64,000 nt of DNA from Octopus vulgaris (Eukaryota): NCBI GenBank assembly GCA_951406725.2, contig OX597823.1, positions 7,564,001 to 7,628,000 on the forward strand, given 5' to 3'. How positions within the stretch are numbered: the stretch's first letter is position 1; each line of letters opens with the position of its first letter. Of this stretch, positions 1 through 15,814 are shown one piece after another. The position numbers and the translations under genes were made by a program. The notes under the pieces are model-generated. The model was given only the letters and a program-made list of their open reading frames with translations. It made no database searches and had not been told where the DNA came from.

Positions 1-140
<140 letters not shown>

Positions 141-173
141 CATATATATATACATACATATATATATACATAC

Positions 174-216
<43 letters not shown>

Positions 217-220
217 CATA

Positions 221-252
<32 letters not shown>

Positions 253-437
253 CATATAAATACATACATATATATATATACATACATATATTTATATATA
301 CATACATATATATATATACATACATATATTTATATATACATACCTATATTTATATATACATACATATATATATATACATACATATATATATATACATACA
401 TATATATATATACATACATATATATATATATACATAC

Positions 438-477
<40 letters not shown>

Positions 478-481
478 ATAC

Positions 482-514
<33 letters not shown>

Positions 515-535
515 CATACATATATATATACATAC

Positions 536-568
<33 letters not shown>

Positions 569-629
569 CATATATATACATATATACATATACATATATA
601 TACATATATATATACATACATATATATAC

Positions 630-662
<33 letters not shown>

Positions 663-722
663 CATACATACATACATACACACACATATATATATATATA
701 TAAGTATATAAACAGGCAAATA

Positions 723-873
723 TGGGTACAGGACATCACCGATGGCTCAAAAAGCCTCAAATACGTAAACCGATGGGTTGAATACGTTTTCCATTTTTTC
801 TCTCGTTCATATATTTCATTCATTCATTTACAACTTTAATGCCATTTCTACAGATGGTGACACCCTGTACCCA
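723..873. mobile_element. Tc1/mariner-type MITE (~150 bp)
   Basis: Terminal inverted repeats TGGGTACAGGACATCACC (723-740) and GGTGACACCCTGTACCCA (856-873) match at 15/18; flanked by TA; no coding capacity. Confidence 0.7.
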
Positions 874-1007
874 TATATGCATGTATATATATATATATGC
901 ATATATATATGTATATGCCCACATATATGTATGTATATATTTAGGTATATATGTACATATACATGAATATACATATACATATCTAGATATGCATATATGT
1001 CTATCTA

Positions 1008-1106
<99 letters not shown>

Positions 1107-1226
1107 TATATATATAATCAATATATATATACATATATGTATAAACATATATATACATATATATATGGACATATATATACATATATATATATAGGCATAT
1201 AATTACATATGTATATATAAGCATAG

Positions 1227-1261
<35 letters not shown>

Positions 1262-1312
1262 TAGAATTATATATGTATATATAGGCATAGAAATACATAT
1301 ATATATATACAT

Positions 1313-1440
1313 ATGCTTAGCTTGCTTACCAGCCTCATGGTTCTGGGTTCAATCCCAGTGCGTGGCATTTTGGGCAAGTGTCTTTTACTACAGCCTTGGG
1401 CCGACCAAAGACGTGCAAGTAGATTTGGTAGACGGAAACT
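1313..1440 (+). mobile_element. SINE family A, 5' half
   Basis: Matches the head of full copies (ggttcaatcccagtgcgtggc...gatttggtagacggaaact) and then runs into a TA array. Confidence 0.85.
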
Positions 1441-1641
1441 ACATATATATATGGATATACATATAAGCATATATAAATATATGAATATATATACATGCAA
1501 ATATACATATATGTATCCATATGCATATATCTATGTATGCATACACATGCATATATCTATATATATATGCATACATATGCATATATCTATATATATATGC
1601 ATACATATATATATAATATATATATCTATATATATATATGC

Positions 1642-1709
<68 letters not shown>

Positions 1710-1994
1710 TCATACATATATATATATATATATCCATACATATATATATATATATATATATATGCATACATATATATATATATCCATACATATATATATT
1801 TTATATCCATACATATATATATTTATATATCCATACATATATATATTCATATATCCATACATATATATATTTATATATCCATACATATATATATATATAT
1901 GCATATATATATATATATATATATCCACATATATATATATATATATGCATACATATATATATATATGTATATATACATATCCATATACATATAT

Positions 1995-2178
1995 TCTTTC
2001 ATTCTTTAACACTTGAAATGCGGCCATGCTGGAGCACTGCCTTTAGTCGAGCAATTCGACCACAAGATTTTTCAAGCCTACCCCTTATTTTATTGGTTTC
2101 GTTCGCTGAACCGCTAGATTATGTGGACGAAAACACACCAGCATCGGTTGTCAATCGATGTTAGGGAAACAAACACAG

Positions 2179-2211
<33 letters not shown>

Positions 2212-2365
2212 CGACAGGCTTATTTCAGTTTCAGTCTACGAAATCCACTCACAAGGCTTTCGTCGGCTGAGGCAATATTAGAGGAAACTTACCCAAGGTG
2301 CAAAGCACAGGGACTGAACCCAGAACCATGTGGTTGGTAAGCAGGCTACTTACCACACATCCACA
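1995..2365 (-). mobile_element. SINE family A, diverged full copy
   Basis: Reverse complement of the family A head, internal microsatellite and tail. Confidence 0.85.
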
Positions 2366-2945
2366 ACTGCATATATATATATAAATATGCATATATAAAT
2401 CTATGCCTATATATATATTTATATATATATATATATATACATGCAAATATATATATACATACAGATGCATATGGCTAAAGCTATTCTTTTTATATACATG
2501 CAAACATATATATGTGGATATATATGTATACATATGCATATATATATAAATAAGAATGCATATATATATGCATATACATTTATAAAAATATATATCAATG
2601 CATATATATACACACATATACATATATATGCATATAAATATATATATATGCATAGACATATATATATATACACACACACACATATATATACATATATCTA
2701 TACATATACATATATATATAAATTTCCATATTTACAAATACATAAATATGGATATATACATGTATACATATATGTATGCATACATATATTTATATACACA
2801 AATATATATATGTGTATTTATACACACACACACACTCACACACACACATATATATCTACATAATTCTGGGTTCAGTCGCATTGCGTGGTATGCACAAAAA
2901 TATACACATTCATATCTATAAGTATATATATATATATATAAATAT

Positions 2946-2983
<38 letters not shown>

Positions 2984-2998
2984 ATATATTTGTATATA

Positions 2999-3057
<59 letters not shown>

Positions 3058-3313
3058 GTATATATATATATGTATATATTTATGCATATATATATATGTA
3101 TATATTTATGCATATATATATAAGGATATATATATATACATATATACATATTAACGCATATATATATATATACATATATGTCTATATATATATATGCATA
3201 CATACATGTATGTCTATATATATGAAAGATATATGTATATATATATATACATGTATATATATATTTATATATATACAGATATATGCTTATGTATATACAT
3301 ACACACATATATG

Positions 3314-3353
<40 letters not shown>

Positions 3354-3427
3354 TATATATACATACATATATGCTTATATATATATACATGTATATTCAA
3401 AATTATACATATATATGCATACATGTA

Positions 3428-3471
<44 letters not shown>

Positions 3472-3543
3472 CATATATGCATATATATATACATATATAT
3501 ATGCACATATATACATATCTATATATATATATACATATATATA

Positions 3544-3932
3544 GGGGCAGGAGTGGTTGTGTGGTAAGTAGCTTGCTTACGAACCACATTATTCTGGGTT
3601 CAGTCCCATTGTGTGGCACCTTGGGCAAGTGTCTTTTACTACAGTCTTGGGCCGACCAAATCCTTGTGAGTGGATTTGGTAGATGGAAACTGAAAGAAGC
3701 CCGTCGTATATATGTATATGAGTGTATATTTTGTGTATCTGTGTTTGTTCCCCCAACATCGCTTGATAACCAATGCTGGTGTGTTTAGGTCCCCGTAACT
3801 TAGCGATTCGGCAAAAGAGACTGATAGAATAAGTACTTGGCTTACAAATAATAAGCCCTGGGATCAATTGTATTCGACTAAAGGCGGTGCTCCAGCATGG
3901 CCTCAGTCAAATGACTGAAAAGAATAAAAGAA
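3544..3932 (+). mobile_element. tRNA-derived SINE family A (octopus-type), full copy
   Basis: A-box-like TGGTTGTGTGG, B-box-like GGTTCAGTCC, internal TA/TG tract, 3' end ggcggtgctccagcatgg...gactgaaaagaataaaaga. Confidence 0.9.
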
Positions 3933-4212
3933 TATATATACATATACATATGTATATGCATATATATACACACATATATATGCACATATATATATATACA
4001 TACATCTAAATACATATACATACATATATATTCATTTATATATACATACATATAAATATATATATACATATAAATATATATATACATATATAAATATATA
4101 TATACATATATATGTATATATACATATATATATATATGCATATACATGTATATATACATATATATATATATGCATATACATGTATATATACATATATATA
4201 TATATATGCATA

Positions 4213-4245
<33 letters not shown>

Positions 4246-4278
4246 GCATATACATGTATATATATATATATATGCATA

Positions 4279-4309
<31 letters not shown>

Positions 4310-4387
4310 GCATATATATGTATATATACATATATATATGCATATACATGTATATATACATGTATATATATATGCATATATATATGC

Positions 4388-4418
<31 letters not shown>

Positions 4419-4447
4419 TATATGCATATACATGTATATATATATGC

Positions 4448-4500
<53 letters not shown>

Positions 4501-4542
4501 ATATATATATATATGCATATATACATATATATATATACATGT

Positions 4543-4605
<63 letters not shown>

Positions 4606-5130
4606 TATACACACATATATGTATATACATATATACATATATATATGCATATATATATATGCATATATATATATATATATATACATATATATGTATATAC
4701 ATAGATATATATATATGCATATATATATATATATACATATATATATATGCATATATAAATATATATACATATATATATATATGTATATATATATACATAT
4801 ATGCATATGTATATATATGTATATATATATACATATATGCATACATATATATATATATATATATACATATGTATGCATATATATTTATATATATATATAC
4901 TTAGATATGTGCTCATATATACAAAATATATATGTATGCATATATATACGTATATATGTATTTACCTACATATATACAGCCAGAAGGATTGCTGTGTGGT
5001 ATATAGCTTCATTTGGAACCATATGATTGCGGGTTGAGTCGCTTGGCATGGTACGTTGGGCAAGTGTCTTCCACTATAGTTTCATGCTAACCAGTCTTCA
5101 ATATTTGAATATACATATGTATGTATGTAA

Positions 5131-5161
<31 letters not shown>

Positions 5162-5164
5162 CTT

Positions 5165-5522
5165 TGATACTTTGATAGGTTTCGGCCATTATTGGCCCAG
5201 GCCATGTCTAACTTAATAGCACCACCTGGTGAAGTCTTTCAAGTCAGAATTTGGGCATTATGGCCCACTCAAGTAGAGAGTTATTGTTTACAGAGAAATA
5301 TCCAGGTGTAGGGGGTTTATCTGGGATTTCTTGAAGGAATCTGTCCAAAGACTTCTTGAACCCTATAGGGTCAGTTTCTGTTTTAATGTGTTTTGGGTAA
5401 TGTTAAAGAGAGGGGGCCAATTGAGGTGAAATAATTGTGCCGTATTGTTGTTATGAGATGAGAGTGCGATTTTTGTTTTGGGCGGATGGCACGGGGCTCA
5501 AGCCTTGGATGTACCTTAAAGG
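5165..5522 (-). mobile_element. 3' end of a CR1-clade LINE (second family)
   Basis: Frameshifted translation (IGP.LFN.LPK...FKKSLDRFLQEIPDKP...NNSL) resembles the C-terminus of the LINE at 22 kb; (AAAGTATC)n tail; shorter copies near 19885-20015 and 28432-28487. Confidence 0.7.
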
Positions 5523-5579
5523 TGATATATATATATACATATATATATTTGAATATATGTATATATATATATCTATATC

Positions 5580-5610
<31 letters not shown>

Positions 5611-5647
5611 GTATGTATATATACATATGTATGTATACATACATATG

Positions 5648-5685
<38 letters not shown>

Positions 5686-5816
5686 TACATGTCTGTATAT
5701 ATATATATATATATATAAATATACACATATATATACATATATATATATATATATACATATGTATATTCAAATATATATATGTATATATATATATATACAT
5801 ACATATGTATATTCAA

Positions 5817-5847
<31 letters not shown>

Positions 5848-5864
5848 TACATATGTATATTCAA

Positions 5865-5902
<38 letters not shown>

Positions 5903-6171
5903 GGTTTAATTTCAAAAAAACTATTCACAAAAGAATTATATAGGAATATATAATTCAGCTAGCCATCTATATATATATTATATATATATAAATATATATA
6001 TACATACACACACATACAGATATATATTTTTATTACATCTGTATCTCAATATGTACATATATATGCATGAATATATACACATATATATACATAGATATGA
6101 TTTTTATTCTATATATATATACATTTAAATATCTCAATATATGTGTATATAATATATACATATACAATTAG

Positions 6172-6217
<46 letters not shown>

Positions 6218-6415
6218 ATATATATGTATATACATTCATATATATATACATATCAATATAAATGTGTATGTATATAAGTATATACGTACATACATTTATA
6301 TATATATATATCAATATATACATGTATATATATACATATATATATACATCTATATATATAAATATATATACATCTATATAAATATATATACATCTATATA
6401 AATATATGTACATCT

Positions 6416-6454
<39 letters not shown>

Positions 6455-7178
6455 TATATATAAATATATATCTATATATATCAACATATATATATATATG
6501 TATATATATTTTTTGATACATGTTAATACCATCACATATCATTATATATGTATTATATATATATGCGTGTTAGAGTATGTGTATAGCTGTCTAAATATAT
6601 AATCATATACATACATATACATATATACATATATATATATACACACATATATACATATATATCCATATATATACACACATATCCATATATACATATATAT
6701 ACACACATATCCATATATACATATATATACACACATATCCATATATACATATATATACACACATATCCATATATACATATATATACACACATATCCATAT
6801 ATATACACACATATCCATATATACATATATATACACACATTACTATATATATATATATATATATTTATATTGATATATATATACACATATATATACACAC
6901 ATATATATCTATATATACATATTTATACACACATATATATCTATATATACATATTTATACACACATTACTATATATATATATTTATATATATATATATAC
7001 ACACACATTACTATATATATATACACATATATACATATATATATATACACACATATATACATATATATCCATATATACATACATATAGATATATATATGC
7101 TTATAGATACATACAGATAGTCATAAATATATATATAAATATATACATACATGTTCATATATCTCAATATATACAAAC

Positions 7179-7218
<40 letters not shown>

Positions 7219-7250
7219 TATTGCTGTGTCTAGAGAGGGTAATTATATGA

Positions 7251-7287
<37 letters not shown>

Positions 7288-7839
7288 ATATATTTATAAA
7301 TATATTACATGTACACACACACACATATATATATATATGTATATATACACAAATATATACATATCAATTTATATATATTATTATCCTGTTATATCTACTA
7401 ATAACAGATACGTTGTGTCATTCAACTAAAGAATTACTCAGTGGTCTTTATTGTGGAGATATTATGGGTTGAAAAATAGAGGCTGGACTGACTTTCAAGT
7501 TTTTGACAACTAGCCTTTCTTGGACAGGTGAAGAAAGCCTAACAGGCCAAGACTCACAATCACTATCAATGCTCTTATGGTAAATATATAGTATACATGC
7601 ATATATATATATACATAAACATGTGTTAGTAAGTTGTGTACCATTACTTGATAAATGAAAAGATGCGTTTATATATACATATATCTACATATTGCATATA
7701 TGTATATAGATATGTGTTTATGTATAAGTATAGATGCTTGTATATTTTCATGCACACTCCTTTGCATACATACTTGAAGATTTGTTTTAGAAATAAATAC
7801 ACATGTATTTGTAAACATACACACACACACACACACATG

Positions 7840-7860
<21 letters not shown>

Positions 7861-7871
<11 letters not shown>

Positions 7872-7897
7872 CCCACAAACATTTATACCAATGTATA

Positions 7898-7939
<42 letters not shown>

Positions 7940-7965
7940 CCCACAAACATTTATACCAATGTATA

Positions 7966-8003
<38 letters not shown>

Positions 8004-8029
8004 CCCACAAACATTTATACCAATGTATA

Positions 8030-8060
<31 letters not shown>
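7861..8060. repeat. Minisatellite, three units of about 66-70 bp
   Basis: acatatacccacaaacatttataccaatgtatatgtgc(at)n repeated three times. Confidence 0.9.
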
Positions 8061-8257
8061 GAATGAATGATAGTCAAACGTAGATAGATAAACAATGTGT
8101 ATGTGGACGTAGTCATGGTTGTGAAGTAGCTCCGACTACATGATTTTACATTCGGTGTCCTATAGTGCGGCACTTATTCCGCTAGAGTTTCGGGCTGACC
8201 AATGTCAGTGAATGCAATAGATGGCAACTGTTTGGAAGCCGGCCATGTGTGTGTGTG

Positions 8258-8307
<50 letters not shown>

Positions 8308-8490
8308 TATATGTACATATATATATGTACATATATATATATACATATATATATATACATATATATACATATATACATATATATACATATATACATATAT
8401 ATATATACATATATATATATACATATATATATACATATATATATACATATATATATACATATATATATATACATATACATATATATATAC

Positions 8491-8527
<37 letters not shown>

Positions 8528-8571
8528 TATACATATACATATATATATATATACATATATATACATATACA

Positions 8572-8625
<54 letters not shown>

Positions 8626-8704
8626 CATATATATACATATACATATATATATATACATATATACATATACATATATACATATACATATATACATATATAT
8701 ATAT

Positions 8705-8735
<31 letters not shown>

Positions 8736-9973
8736 TACATACATATATATATGTATACACATACATATATTTATATATATATTTACAAACACACGTACAT
8801 ACGTATAAAGGCATAAAATTACACACACGCACGTTTGATGTTACGAACAGAAATAGAAATGAAAAAAACACATGCATTTCCTTTCTTTTAATTTGACAGA
8901 AGTCAATAAAGGGACGAGCTTTTAGTGCATTGCCGAGATAAACATATATACACACACATATTCATTCATACATACATAAATATACAGGTGCGCGTCCACT
9001 CACCCGTACACATAACGCGTCACGCAAACATTCAATTAGCAACTTTTCAAAGTTCCATTTTTTTAATTCTTTTTTTTCATTTTATTTTTTTTAAGTTTTG
9101 CGTTTTGCGTATTCAAAATATTTATTGAATTACGTATTCGTTATTAATTTTAATTTCTACTATTTTCACTTTGTTCGAATGAAGTGCTTAAATGTTTTCT
9201 CCGATATATATATATGTCTGGAAAGTCGTTTACAATGTCAATTTACCTTGCATCCGGCACAAGTCTGCTGTTGTGTCATAGGAATTAAGTTTCCGGGTCG
9301 ATATCAACCCTGGAACACCTTAGGAGATACTTTATTCCAGCTCTGTCAATGCTATTGCGTAAAGCGTGGACGTAATTGCTGTGCGTCCAAAACTCTAAGG
9401 TAACACGTTGGCGTAATAAAAAGAAATTTTCGAGCCTACTCTTTCACCACCGAGGGACTGTCGCCTTTGGGATGTATGTTTGTGTAAAGCAGATTAGAAA
9501 TAGAAATACATCAACGACTTTCAATAGCTGCAAGAGGCAAAATCTTGCGACAAACATGTGTGAAAAGTGTAAACAAATACTCAAGAGAAGAACATGGCAG
9601 TCGCGATGTATAAAAACAATTTACAGAATTCAGTTTCGTATCTATTTACCGTGAGTTCACATCCTGCCAAGTGCGACATTCTCCTTAATCATTGCAAAAA
9701 TCATAAAATAATTATAAGTAATATAATGAGGTCTATTCGATTACTTGTCCAATTACGAAAATGACCCGACGATTAAAATCAATATTTTAGAAAATGTCTT
9801 CTTGACGATCAAAATCTAAAACAAAATGTAAAATATTTACGCAATTAGATGAAGTCTAAACTCATTAATCAAATTCCATTACAATGAAGTCTTAAACAGG
9901 AAAATTGCTTTTTAAAAAAAATAATAATATATAATTAAAATATAGAAAAAGCATGCAGATCGATGATACTTAC

Positions 9974-10060
9974 CTGTGGGTCAGCTGAGTTGACCGCTGT
10001 CTGGGTATTGGCAGCTACCCAGGCCTCAGCGAATGTTTCCATGGCAGCGTGAAAGTCCAT
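9974..10060 (-). CDS. First coding exon (29 aa, MDFHAAMETFAEAWVAANTQTAVNSADPQ), possibly a Dve/SATB-like homeobox gene
   Basis: ATG at 10060 with an upstream in-frame TAA; second in-frame ATG at 10042; phase-0 donor CAG|GTAAGTA; higher GC than the flanks. The family call rests on recalled similarity to invertebrate Dve N-termini and is unverified. Confidence 0.75.
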
Positions 10061-10287
10061 GGGGTCCCAAATGGAAAGTAGCAGTAAGAGGAGTATGGTG
10101 AAATGATAGTGGGAGTAAAAAAATATATTTTTAAAGGTCCAGTAATGATGGAGTTAAGTCCTAGGAGTTGAGCTGGATAAACACTATTTCCAGCAGACGA
10201 CGTCCAGGCGACGATCGTCTGTTTCCTCACCTCTTCAAATATACAAATAGATACACCGCTTTACCACTTTTCTTCTTCTTCTTCTTT

Positions 10288-10319
<32 letters not shown>

Positions 10320-12639
10320 GAAACAACTTACAACTTTCAATACTGACTCCCACAGTAAATCACAGAAGTTTAAGTAAATATTGTGATCGATGCAGAAATA
10401 GAGATGATCACTTCTTATACTTCTATCTCACATCAGACACTACAACATCTAAGTGGGGTGGGACAACATCTAGGATGAGGGTAATCAATTAAATTTGAGG
10501 GAGGGTAAAATGAACGAGAGAAAGACATAAGTAAATCTATAACTTAAGATGTACTGCCTCAAAATAAATAGCAGCATTTCGAAAAATGATAAAGGATAGA
10601 ATAGAATCTTTTAAATGTTTTCGTGTATTCCTATCATTGTCTTTAAAATGAATTTGGTTCTTTTTCTCTAATTGTTTGTTTATTTATTTCAGCATATCTT
10701 TTTTCATTATGAAGAAGAAAAAAAAAAAGAAAAAAAAGGGGAAAACGAATTAGCGAAGTGCGATACAAGTAGTGCGAGCACGAGTAGACTTAAGTAGGTG
10801 GAGTACTACCAGACATTCACGCCGATCTGTTAATACACTCACTTTGCTAGATCGACTAGTCTCGTCTACTCAACAAACTCCAGTTTTCTTTAAAATGCTG
10901 AAAACTATTTGCAGCGTAAAAGCATGTTGATACAAATAAGTCCTTTGATCATGAAAAAAAACATCTTTCCTAGGAAGTAAACGGGTGTATATCTGCAGTT
11001 CTCTCTATATATAGAAATGCGTATATTTATATATATACACATGCAGAATAAGAGAGGAAAAGAAAACCTTGAAGCGACTGGAACCCCTTATCTGACTGCA
11101 TGGTCTGGCTAAATCAATTTATGTGTCTGAACCGTGGACGGATATTTCACTCCAACATACATGAATAACGACTGCATTACACTTTTTAGATGTCATTATG
11201 TGAAAAGTTTCCAATGTTTTTATAAGTTCAAATTAATTTGAGATCTTTTTTATACTTTAAGGATGTTTAATATAACAACTGGTTGTGAGGGGTGACCAAT
11301 TTTTCTTTTAATTCAGAGTCGAATAATTTTGTAAGGTTCTGAAACTGGGAGCAGAGGAGGTATGGTTTTACCCATCGTTTTTAACTTTTCTTCTGCAATA
11401 AAAAAAAAGTTAAAAACGATGTCTAGTTAACATCATCAGTGAGTTAATTAGGTCTTAATTATTTTTTTCAGTTGCATCTTTACACATCACCTTATTCGCT
11501 ATTTGTATATATACACAAACTAGTATTTACTGAAACATTATGTTGATGTTTGGAAATTATTAGGTGTCATCATGTCAATTGTGTTTGATAAGATATGGAT
11601 AAGGTTTTCTTGGAGAATTATTTACAGTAACGTTGGAAAGCAAATTGGAGAGCATTTTCTTCTTACTGTTGGCGACGATTATGTGTTTGTTTCACTCAAC
11701 CATGCATATACATTCATACAATCATGTAAACTGTGTATGTATGACAGTACTTACTTGGAATAACATGAAAGCAGTAGTTGTTTAAGTGGAGGGCGGTAGT
11801 AGTAGTAATGGTGATTAGAGGCAGATAGATTAGTTTCTAAGGTGGCAATAAACACCCGAGTACTTTCTTAATCTGGCATCCACACCCAACGTCGTTGACA
11901 TCTATGAACTTGGCTACCTACCCAGGGCCGTAGTCGGGCCCGCTATTTCGTACGCTCCGTAAATACAACATTGTGTGTAAGTGACCAAGATGTAAAACTC
12001 CGAGGATATATAAGTGTGTGCTATTAAAAACAAAACGCACACCAGTCTTTACCATGTAGAAAATATCGAGGACTAAAGCATGGCGGGGATAAAACAACCT
12101 TCATCTATCCTAAGAGGATTAGTCAGCCGAACAACTCAGTCACGCTTATTCCGCAGGGACTATAGCATAGTTTAAAAGCGTTAGTTAATCTAATCCTAAA
12201 CTAGTGGAGCAATTTGAACAAGTGAATCGTGATATTTATTTATATAAAATTATAACAAAAGGAAAAATTAATCAAAATAAATAAATTTCTCTTTTGCAAA
12301 AGTCTTAAGCGGGAGATCCACTTAACTAAATCATATCGCATGAATACCTAATGCGAACTAATGCTAAAGAATAACTCAATATAAGATTAACCTCATCTCA
12401 CAAAGGCCACTTATTTTTAATTCTTCCACGTGAGCTTTTATTTATATTTTCGTTTATTTTTTTCAAAAATAACATTTAGTTATCGTAATAAGACGAAAAC
12501 ATGTAACTAGACAAAAAAATATGAATATTTTTGAAATCACGCGTTATTGTGTAGCGAGATACGTTCCGTATTATCGTCCAATGTCTTTGATTCTACTCAC
12601 TTTATTGTTGTAAGAGAGAAAGTGGGTGTGAGTAGTGAC
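10061..12639. promoter_or_regulatory. Divergent promoter and 5' UTR interval
   Basis: Lies between two oppositely oriented start exons; lacks recognisable SINEs and long TA arrays; visibly richer in CpG. Confidence 0.6.
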
Positions 12640-12735
12640 ATGGCGATCGTCAGGAGTCTCTGCATTCTTACGTGGTCTTTTCTGGCATGTTCAATATCAT
12701 TTGTATTGGCAACCACTTATAAGGATAATGAAAAG
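12640..12735 (+). CDS. First coding exon (32 aa, MAIVRSLCILTWSFLACSISFVLATTYKDNEK) with signal peptide, possibly TM9SF/nonaspanin family
   Basis: GACATGG start; hydrophobic core with V-L-A cleavage site; phase-0 donor AAG|GTAATT. YKDNEK recalls the Y-K-x-G-D/E-x-V start of TM9SF luminal domains; no exon 2 was found in the window. Confidence 0.7.
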
Positions 12736-13607
12736 GTAATTTTACTTATATGCTTATTTATTAGCTATTTGCTATGCTTGCTTTGTGGATTTTATTCTGT
12801 TAACTTGTTTATATATATACCTCGTCTGCTTCCTCATTGAAAACATATATACCTTTGACACATATACAACATAAGTCTTACGAGATCGTTTAAAAGAAAG
12901 CTGACAGTATCGTATAGTACGGTCATATAAACTGTTTCATTCTTGTCAATTATAATAAAAACCATAAATATCTGAAAAAAATACCCCCAAAAAAACTTCA
13001 TTGTATGTTCTTTTCATGGCTATGTATTTATATGTGATTACTTGCCCTTAGATGCATTGGTCACCGGAAGGTGATGCTGCCTTAGCTTTTCGATTTCGTG
13101 ACATTCGAATCGATCCCCACCTTTGATCGCAACAGCTGACTACACTACCAACGACTCTAAATTGTACTTATCTATCGATTATAGACCTATATATATATTG
13201 TTATATGTGTCCACGGAAGCAAATACACTTCCGAACGCGTGTATATAAACCTCAACACACATATTGCGTATATACATATATGCACACACACACATGCGCG
13301 CGCTATGTGTAATTATAGGTGTGGTTAATTTCACCTGTTGGATTATTCTGCGACTAGTTTGACTAAGATAATGGGGGAAAAAAAAACATGAAATCTCGAT
13401 ACACAGGGTATTGGAAATAAGTTTGTCGATGTACTAAGGATTCCATCAATAAATGTCCCTTGCTTTCGAATAGTAATAATCTTGTTTCGATACACGTACG
13501 CATGGTAAAATACGTGTATGAAAGATATGTATATACATTCATAAAAAGGTGTGTATGTAGGTATAAATACCTGTATAAACACACACACACACATATATAT
13601 ATATATA

Positions 13608-13942
13608 AAGAAGCCTGTCGTATATGTATATATATATAAAGAAGCCTGTCGTATATGTATATATATATAAAGAAGCCTGTCGTATATGTATATATATATA
13701 AAGAAGCCTGTCGTATATGTATGTATATATGTGTGTGTCTGTGTTCCCCCCCCCCAACATAGCTTGACAACCGATGCTGTTGTGTTTATGTCCCCGTAAC
13801 TTAGCTGTTCGGCAAAAGAGACCGATAGAATAAGTACTAGGCTTACAAAGAATAAGTCCCGGGGTAGATTTGCTCGACTAAAGGCGGTGCCCCAGCATGG
13901 CCGCAGTCAAATGACTGAAACAAGTAAAAGAAAAGAAAAGAA
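13608..13942 (+). mobile_element. SINE family A 3' part with a tandemly amplified junction
   Basis: aaagaagcctgtcgtatatgtatatatatat four times, followed by an intact 3' half. Confidence 0.9.
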
Positions 13943-15464
13943 AATATATATATCAATTGTCAGGCATTGATCTGCGGCCATGCAAGGCCACTTCCTTGAA
14001 GAGTTTAGTCGAACTAATCGCCCAGCTTGTATGTTTAAACCTGCTGCTTCTACTATCGGACACCATTTGGCGAACCGCTAATTATGGAGACGTAAACAAA
14101 CCGGCGTAATTACACAATTGTGCCCCACTGAATTTGTTTCTTCATAACCTTTAGAAGAAACGAAATTTTTTTTAATGAAATTTTCAATCTTTCAGGAAAT
14201 GTAGATTGTGATAAAAAAGGAATTTAATGTGGAAAAACAATAATGTATACACATTCATCACATACACATATCGCTGCAAAATGAATCTTTAAACGTTGAA
14301 TAAATTGTGATGTATCTCAGTGTGCGCCCACCATTTTTTTTTTTTCTTTTTATCGCATCAAATCTACACCTGAAAAATATTTATCTCTATCTTTTATCTT
14401 GTTTCAGTCATTAAACTGCGGTCATAATGGGGCTTGAAGAATCTTTGGTCGAGCGAATCAATCCCAGTTGTTGGTTATTTTTTTTTATTTTTAAAGTTTG
14501 GTACTTATTCCATCAGTGACTTTATCCTAAACCATTAACTTTAGGGGACGTAAACACACCAACACTGGGGTATATATAAAACTGGTTTCTTTCAGTTTCC
14601 GTCTACCAAATACATTTAAGGCTTTATAGAAAATTTCATGAAAATAATTCCATTTTCCAGAGAGTTACGTGGAAACAAATTGTACGTGTGTATCTATGTA
14701 TATAATATATATTTCCAAGTATATATTTATGCTTCTGTGTAAATAGTGCGTGTGCACTAGTATACATATATAATTACGTGTCAATGTGTACATGTAGACA
14801 TCGATGTATATGTATTTTTATGCCTGTAAGCATCGCTGCACTTCAATACATGATTCATACATGTGTGTAAGTATGGTTTTCTGTGTGTGTGTATATACAT
14901 AGACATATCTGTATATACATATATATATATATATATACATGTATACATATACATGTTTACATATGTATATATATATGTGTATGTATATATATATATATAT
15001 ATCTATGTATGTATATAAATACATATAGGTATATAATTACATATATGTATATAAATACATATGTATATAATTACATATATGTATATATATATATATACAT
15101 ATATATCTCTACATGTATGTATGTATATATATCTACATACATAAATACATATGTACACATGTATTGTGGATGTCGGGGTGGAAATATGTGTATATACATA
15201 TATATATAATTATACATGTGTACATATACACGTTTACATATGTATATATATATTATGTATATAATTACATATATGTATATATATATATATACATATATAT
15301 CTTTACATGTATGTATGTATATATATCTACATGTATATACATATCTACATACATAAGTACACATGTATTGTGGATGTCGGGGTGGAAACCTCTGGCATCT
15401 TGTCTGTTATGGAGGGAATCGAAAAATGTTATAAAAATGGCCATTAAACACATACATACATGCC

Positions 15465-15645
15465 GGTGGCACATAAAAAGCACCCGCTACACTCACAGAG
15501 TGGCTGGCATTAGGAACGGTATCCAACCGTAGAAACACTGCAAGATCAGACTGGAGCCTGGCTCAGCTTCCTGGCTTCCCAGACCCTTGTCGAACAGTCC
15601 AACCCTTGCTTGCACGGAAAACTGACTTTAAACGATGATAATGAT
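15465..15645 (+). mobile_element. Retroposon family B 3' end with (GAT)n tail
   Basis: Matches 41660-41844. Confidence 0.8.
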
Positions 15646-15720
15646 ATATAGACAAATATATATATATACATACATACATACATACATACATACACACACA
15701 GACATACATATATCTTTCTT

Positions 15721-15755
<35 letters not shown>

Positions 15756-15775
15756 GCACACATATACACACACAC

Positions 15776-15806
<31 letters not shown>

Positions 15807-15814
15807 TATATATA

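Noticed and set aside
10015-10230. 71-aa minus-strand ORF
   Set aside because: GTG start and a different frame from the exon that has an ATG and a splice donor.
12547-12840. 97-aa ORF as a complete gene
   Set aside because: It starts at TTG; the supported part is ATG 12640 to the donor after 12735, and the rest is intron read-through.
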